Origin: Cyanobacteria bacterium J06626_4
GTDB taxonomy: Bacteria; Cyanobacteriota; Cyanobacteriia; Phormidesmidales; Phormidesmidaceae
Length of the DNA: 64,000 bases
Direction of reading: 5' to 3'
NCBI GenBank assembly: GCA_038523235.1
Contig: JBCBJQ010000006.1
Location: 11,387-75,386 of the forward strand
A model generated the notes under the pieces. It saw nothing but the letters and a program-made list of their open reading frames with translations. It searched no databases and was not told the origin of the DNA. The position numbers and the translations under genes were made by a program. Below, one piece after another: positions 60,401-64,000 of the stretch. Positions within the stretch are counted from its first letter, which is position 1; the number at the start of each line of letters is the position of its first letter.

Positions 60401-61135
60401 CACAGCAGCGGCGGGCGCAGCAGCCCGAACGCGCACCTGCTGTGCCTCAAGGGTGGACTGCAACACCGCCTCAAACTGACCTTGGCGAGCCAAAACTTGG
60501 AACCCGGCGTTGTCGGTATCGTAGTCAGCCCCCTGAAATTCACCAGCACCGGTGGTTAGCGTCACCACCACATCGCGGGGGATGGGGGTCCCGGCAGCAT
60601 CAACGATGCGCCCCTCAAATCGCACCGTCGATCGCTGGTTGGCGGGGATGACGGGACTGGTAAGCGCAGTGAGTTCAATCGTAAATTCCGGCTCGGTGGC
60701 CGCTGGGTCCGCCGCATTAGGCGGGATCGGGGGCACCGGAGTGGGGTTGGACTGAGCCGTTAGCGGCCCGTCTGCCGCCTCTGCTCTCGTTTCGGCAGCG
60801 AGCGCCAGATCGGCGAGCGTGACCGGTCGCAAGTTGCCGGTCAACGCCGGAGAGGGGGCATCAGCCACCGGCAACGGCGAACTATCGGCGGTCAGCAGGG
60901 ATGAAGCCCCCACGGCTGACTCAGACATGGCATCGGGGGTTGAAGCCAGTGCCCGAGGGATTGTCTCGGCGGCCTCAGGAGCTGTGGTTGATTTGGGCTC
61001 CGCCTTACGCCTCGGACGAGTCGCGGCATCAGTAGGACCTTCGTCAGTCGATTGGGCGTTCGCGACGCCCAACATATCCGTGGCGATCGCGCTGATCATT
61101 AGCCAGCCAATCATGGCAATGAGGGTTTTCATCAC
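57419..61135 (-). CDS. 1238-aa predicted outer-membrane beta-barrel protein with Ig-like N-domain and acidic C-terminal tail
   Basis: Signal peptide ending VANAQ. P/A/T-rich linker. Ig-like module (TVRFEGRIVDAAGTPIPRDVVVTLTT). About 850 aa of alternating-hydrophobicity strands rich in Y/G/N/R/D. The last ~90 aa are D/T/A/E/P-rich. The ATGA start overlaps the upstream gene. Confidence 0.8.
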   Translation of the reverse strand: MMKTLIAMIGWLMISAIATDMLGVANAQSTDEGPTDAATRPRRKAEPKSTTAPEAAETIPRALASTPDAMSESAVGASSLLTADSSPLPVADAPSPALTGNLRPVTLADLALAAETRAEAADGPLTAQSNPTPVPPIPPNAADPAATEPEFTIELTALTSPVIPANQRSTVRFEGRIVDAAGTPIPRDVVVTLTTGAGEFQGADYDTDNAGFQVLARQGQFEAVLQSTLEAQQVRVRAAAPAAAVLGEDEPIALEPLPDFETFTQVEFVTNLRPSLVSGVVDLRIGPGGTNFWGSFEDFLNPDDIGDTEFDLGAALFATGTLGDWQFTGALNTRRALNETCDGNRLFRDDQFCENTYPVYGDSSQVDYLTPSIDSFFVRFQRDALVPGGEVDYFMWGDYETSEFARSSQEFTAITRQLHGFKGNYTLGNLQLTAMYANNLRPFQRDTIAPDGTSGFYFLSRRVILPGSENVFIETEEINRPGTVIERQALNRVSDYEIDYDRGTLLFRQPIYRTSVDPLGKTLVRRIVATYEVDDGGGNGNLYAGRLQYNFKAGQPTLGGWAGVTWLSEDQGDQDFSLYGADLQIPLGDTGYFTGEYARSSFDRFGESADGSAYRLEAQGALFAPTVQGRAYLRSADSGFANTATTSFRPGQTRWGAGVNAQVGPTTRLNAQFDQEINRGRAPEVTTDAVDLFNPGQFSEPGERVDNTLTTYRAGVWQEIGTVNIGLDYVSRNRRDRLDNETTNSQQFVPQLAIPISPDLSFRAQSEINVGGDSDTLYPDRTTLALDWAVQPGVTMRLSQQFIGGDELRNITSLDTLVDYELGENTSLRSRYSLIGGYGGLIGQAALGLNHRIVLAPGLRATVGIEHVIDDSFNETGAGDQFEQPFAVGAGASALGIIGGTSYSVGLEYTANPDFQASARIEHRNSSVGSNTVLTAAAAGKITNSLTTLFRYQQANFANQRITGNLGNSIDLKLGMAYRNPISDQWNALMSYEYRRNPSTTPDTLLIDSGISSSDHTLALEAIYAPNWQWEFYGKYAFRISDATLAEDFGFSNSIHLMQFRTAYQFAYRWDILGEVRYITQPEASFNEVGTSLELGYYLTPDLRVGVGYSFGSVDNDGFGGGYRSASGPYLGIQLKVNELLNDFGLQQPVSPAQQEESYVDTATTPGDEATPTAGLAPEAGTAADDDTVDQTTADDSTITDQTTTESAADEPPTDASPADDLTASPADVTDAPSAGDI

Positions 61136-62142
61136 CCTTGCTCCTCCCCAAATGCGGGTGTGACCCCAAAGTTCATCCGTGCCAGTCCGCCTGGCGATAA
61201 CCGCACCAGCCGAGACTGGCTATTGTCTGCCAGTCGGTAAAGATTCGGAGCGAGGGTGTAACCTGGCAGGCTGGTCAGATCAAGCGTGCCGACGCGGTTC
61301 CCCGACAAGACGTTAATCACTGAGAACAGTCCATCCGGGTCAGTCAAAATCCGGTTGCCATCATCTAAAAAGACGATGGCGTTAGGCACACCCGGCTCAC
61401 CGGCCTGCTGCTCGCCGTCAAAGTTTTTATCCACAAACACGCGGCCCACCAGGGTGCCACAGTCGGCCAAAATGCCGGGTCGAATCGCCAGCTCGTAGGT
61501 AGCCGTACTGCTTGCCCCAGGGGTGATCGCCTGCGCCACGTTACGCCCTGAGCCGCGCACCGCATCGGGGGTCGCTAAGGCCGCATAAACCACCGATAGT
61601 TCTTGCCCCGGCGCGAGTGAAGCACCGCCAAAATCGAGGGTAAAGGTGCGGTTACTGGTCGTCACATTGGTGAACTGCAGGGGGGTGGTGTTGACCGAGT
61701 CTTCAATGAACTGCATCCCTAACGGCAGCTCGTCCACGATGGTGATCGGGCCAGCCGGCTGATCGGAGGGATTGCGTACCAGCAATCGATAAACGACCAC
61801 GTCACCGGGTTCGGCAGCCCCCCGATCAGCAGTTTTGATGATGGTCAAAGCCGCTGATGAAGCGCCACTCGCCTGCAGAGTAGTCGGATTCGACTGCACC
61901 GATTGAACGGTTCCTGCGGCGTCAGTAAACTGCGCCCCAGCCTGGTTTTCAACATTAGTCGTTTGAGCATACGCCGGGGCAAAACCCCATCGAGGCGCAC
62001 TGTTGGCCCAAGCTAGCACCTGCACCAGCAAAAACGCGATCGCAGCGACCAAAAAGTATTTGCTTTTACGAAAACCGGCTAGGCGCCTGAACAATTTCGC
62101 AATGCGATCGAGAATGGAATTAATCCAAACAAGTTGCGACAT
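61132..62142 (-). CDS. DUF11 domain + SdrD-B/carboxypeptidase-regulatory-like domain protein
   Basis: 336-aa ORF with an N-terminal anchor/signal (YFLVAAIAFLLVQVLAWANS). DUF11-like LTIIKTADRGAAEPGDVVVYRLLVRNPSDQPAGPITIVDELP. SdrD-B-like GRVFVDKNFDGEQQAGEPGVPNAIVFLDDGNRILTDPDGLFSV. Confidence 0.8.
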   Translation of the reverse strand: MSQLVWINSILDRIAKLFRRLAGFRKSKYFLVAAIAFLLVQVLAWANSAPRWGFAPAYAQTTNVENQAGAQFTDAAGTVQSVQSNPTTLQASGASSAALTIIKTADRGAAEPGDVVVYRLLVRNPSDQPAGPITIVDELPLGMQFIEDSVNTTPLQFTNVTTSNRTFTLDFGGASLAPGQELSVVYAALATPDAVRGSGRNVAQAITPGASSTATYELAIRPGILADCGTLVGRVFVDKNFDGEQQAGEPGVPNAIVFLDDGNRILTDPDGLFSVINVLSGNRVGTLDLTSLPGYTLAPNLYRLADNSQSRLVRLSPGGLARMNFGVTPAFGEEQG

Positions 62143-63335
62143 TCTTTTAAAGAGACAACGTCCACACCCTCACACCGCTTACCCTCAGAAAGCTGCAAAG
62201 CTTTCCTCGGAAGCGATCTTTACCTGACACACAACCATGATGGTAGATAGCTTGTCCGTGCCCATTCAGTAGCTAACGAACGAAACTAAACTTTTTGTCT
62301 CTAAGCGTATAGCAGAGACGCCAGTAAATATACCTCATAAAATCTCAGGCAAAAATAAATTCATTCTGATTACAGGGAAAATATCGTGTGAAAGCCAGCC
62401 CTATCAAGGTGGATGGGGCACTTAATTTTTTTTAATCAAGCACTCTTGAACAGTGGAAAACCGCCCCAAAACGATCTGTTTGTGCTGATGCCGGGAGTAA
62501 ATACAACGCTGAAAAATGCCTAAGCTGAAGCGTTTAGGGAGTCAAAAGTTATCTCGAAGAACGTTCAAAAAGGGATCGATTAGGGCTCGAAGCAAGTTTG
62601 AGTTTACCCACCCTAGAATCACCTCCAGCAAGCGCTGGTCGATGGGGCTCCAGCATGGCTTTGAAGCAGCGTCGATTACTCCGTTATAGCCGCGATGAAG
62701 TCAGCCACTGCCGCTTGCATTCAGGCAATGACTGAATGCAATACGCCTAAATTTCACCCCTGAACGATCGATCAACAAATGCGGCCAGAAGGTCACAAAG
62801 AACGATTTATTTCACAAGTCGCCACAACTCCTAACTTTGGTGAGGACTTGCCCTTTTAGCTGGAAGCATTTGATGCACCAACTAATTTTAGAGGCTGACT
62901 CAGGCGGTCAACCGCCCGCCTAGCGGCCCGATTTTGTCTTAATCAATCAGCGCAATCATGAGGCCAGTGCCCGAGCGATCGCCTGCAATTCCTAGCATCC
63001 ACTCATGTTTGCCCCAGCTTTATCAGCGCCGATCTGCCCAGATGATAGTCGTATTAGCGCCAGTTGGCACATTATCTAACATCCCAGTCGGGTTGATCTT
63101 GAGCGTTGTCTATATCAATTTCTGTCTGTGAATTCGAGAAGCCTATCGTCACTGTCAGTGATCGAAATCAGTCCCCCTCAACCGGCGTGAATCGGACGCC
63201 CTGATCGACCTCGACATTGCCCGCTGCCCACTTTCCGGCGATCGCCCATAAAAAAAGTCCCTGATTGCCCTCTCCCCACTGGCGAAAACGCAGCAGGCTA
63301 AGGGCGGTCAGAGACCGTGTTCAGGACTTTAGTGA

Positions 63336-64000
63336 TTAAACCGGGGCCGTGGGTTCAACCATGCGGGGATTCCAGCGAGATCGCGATTCCTCGATGTGCA
63401 TGTTTTTCTCATCCTTTTTCAGATGTCGCGGGCTACTTTCAAACGAGAGAGAAGATGGCAACGGGTCGGTACCGTATTCTGCCTCGATGAAAGCAGATAC
63501 GACTTCGTAACTAGGAGAAAACGGCTCGTCGCCTAGCTCAGACAACGCCGGGCTGGATTTCAGCGTGGCCGAAAATAACCCTGTACCATCATCAAAGAAC
63601 CGCTCTGTGGTCGCCCCGTAATCCGCATAGGGATGGAACGCTAGATCCGCCGGGGCAATGGCCGCCACCCAGGAAGAGTAGATCCAATATTCGCCATAGG
63701 TGCCGAACTCATTAGCCGATCGCATCATCAGCTTGAGCCAGTGCTCAGTAGACCCGTAGTAAGCCTGCACTCGCTCGGCCATCGCCCGCAGATGCGACTG
63801 TTTGAACCACATGTGGTGGGGAATAAAGGTCCCCGCCGCGTCTGTGATGGGTTCCACCTTCAACACCGAGCGAATCCAATTAGCCCAGGTATCGACGATT
63901 TTGGCGTTGCCGGTTTCGTTACTCTGCAATAAAGCAAAAGTGTGCTGTACCGGGCCGCCAACCGCTTGAAAAATGGGCCAAGTTGCCACAGGCAGCAGGT
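63336..64000 (-). CDS. hypothetical protein, probably 5'-truncated by the window edge
   Basis: The reading frame stays open from 63336 to the window end. The listed GTG at 63989 may be internal. There is a weak resemblance to glycosyltransferase-like DUF proteins (FGTYGEYWIYSSW), which I cannot substantiate. Confidence 0.5.
   Translation of the reverse strand, partial: LLPVATWPIFQAVGGPVQHTFALLQSNETGNAKIVDTWANWIRSVLKVEPITDAAGTFIPHHMWFKQSHLRAMAERVQAYYGSTEHWLKLMMRSANEFGTYGEYWIYSSWVAAIAPADLAFHPYADYGATTERFFDDGTGLFSATLKSSPALSELGDEPFSPSYEVVSAFIEAEYGTDPLPSSLSFESSPRHLKKDEKNMHIEESRSRWNPRMVEPTAPV

Overview
The window is chromosomal DNA from a GC-rich cyanobacterium. I infer this from about 75-80 copies, counted by eye, of the HIP1 octamer GCGATCGC, and from cyanobacterial-type housekeeping genes. 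I saw no rRNA, tRNA, CRISPR array or recognisable transposase or integrase. Most of the window is core metabolism and envelope functions: ho1, glgC, murD, glyS, ispD, dps, thrS, gltA, purU, sixA, an M16 peptidase, a photolyase-family gene, a PotABCD-like ABC importer, and a GldA/F/G-like ABC-2 exporter with a DUF4340 partner. Several stretches look accessory. (1) 48.9-62.1 kb is a 13-kb, five-gene minus-strand operon. It encodes a DUF11/SdrD-B-like protein, a 1238-aa predicted outer-membrane barrel with an acidic tail, a beta-helix-OmpA protein, and two ~1030-aa DUF11 paralogues that share a ~2-kb near-identical 3' module. A 1.2-kb ORF-free region precedes it. This is my best candidate for an undescribed surface-fibre or adhesin assembly system. 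(2) 24.0-26.6 kb holds a NACHT/STAND NTPase with an unusual repeat sensor region, a candidate conflict or defence gene. (3) 19.0-20.5 kb holds tandem GH24 lysozyme paralogues with a novel N-domain and no phage context. (4) There is a Met/Pro-rich zinc-ribbon protein, an SLH-CAP fusion, a pseudo-receiver adenylate cyclase, and a low-GC islet with a CRP-type palindrome. All family calls come from motif recognition by eye. No database search was run.
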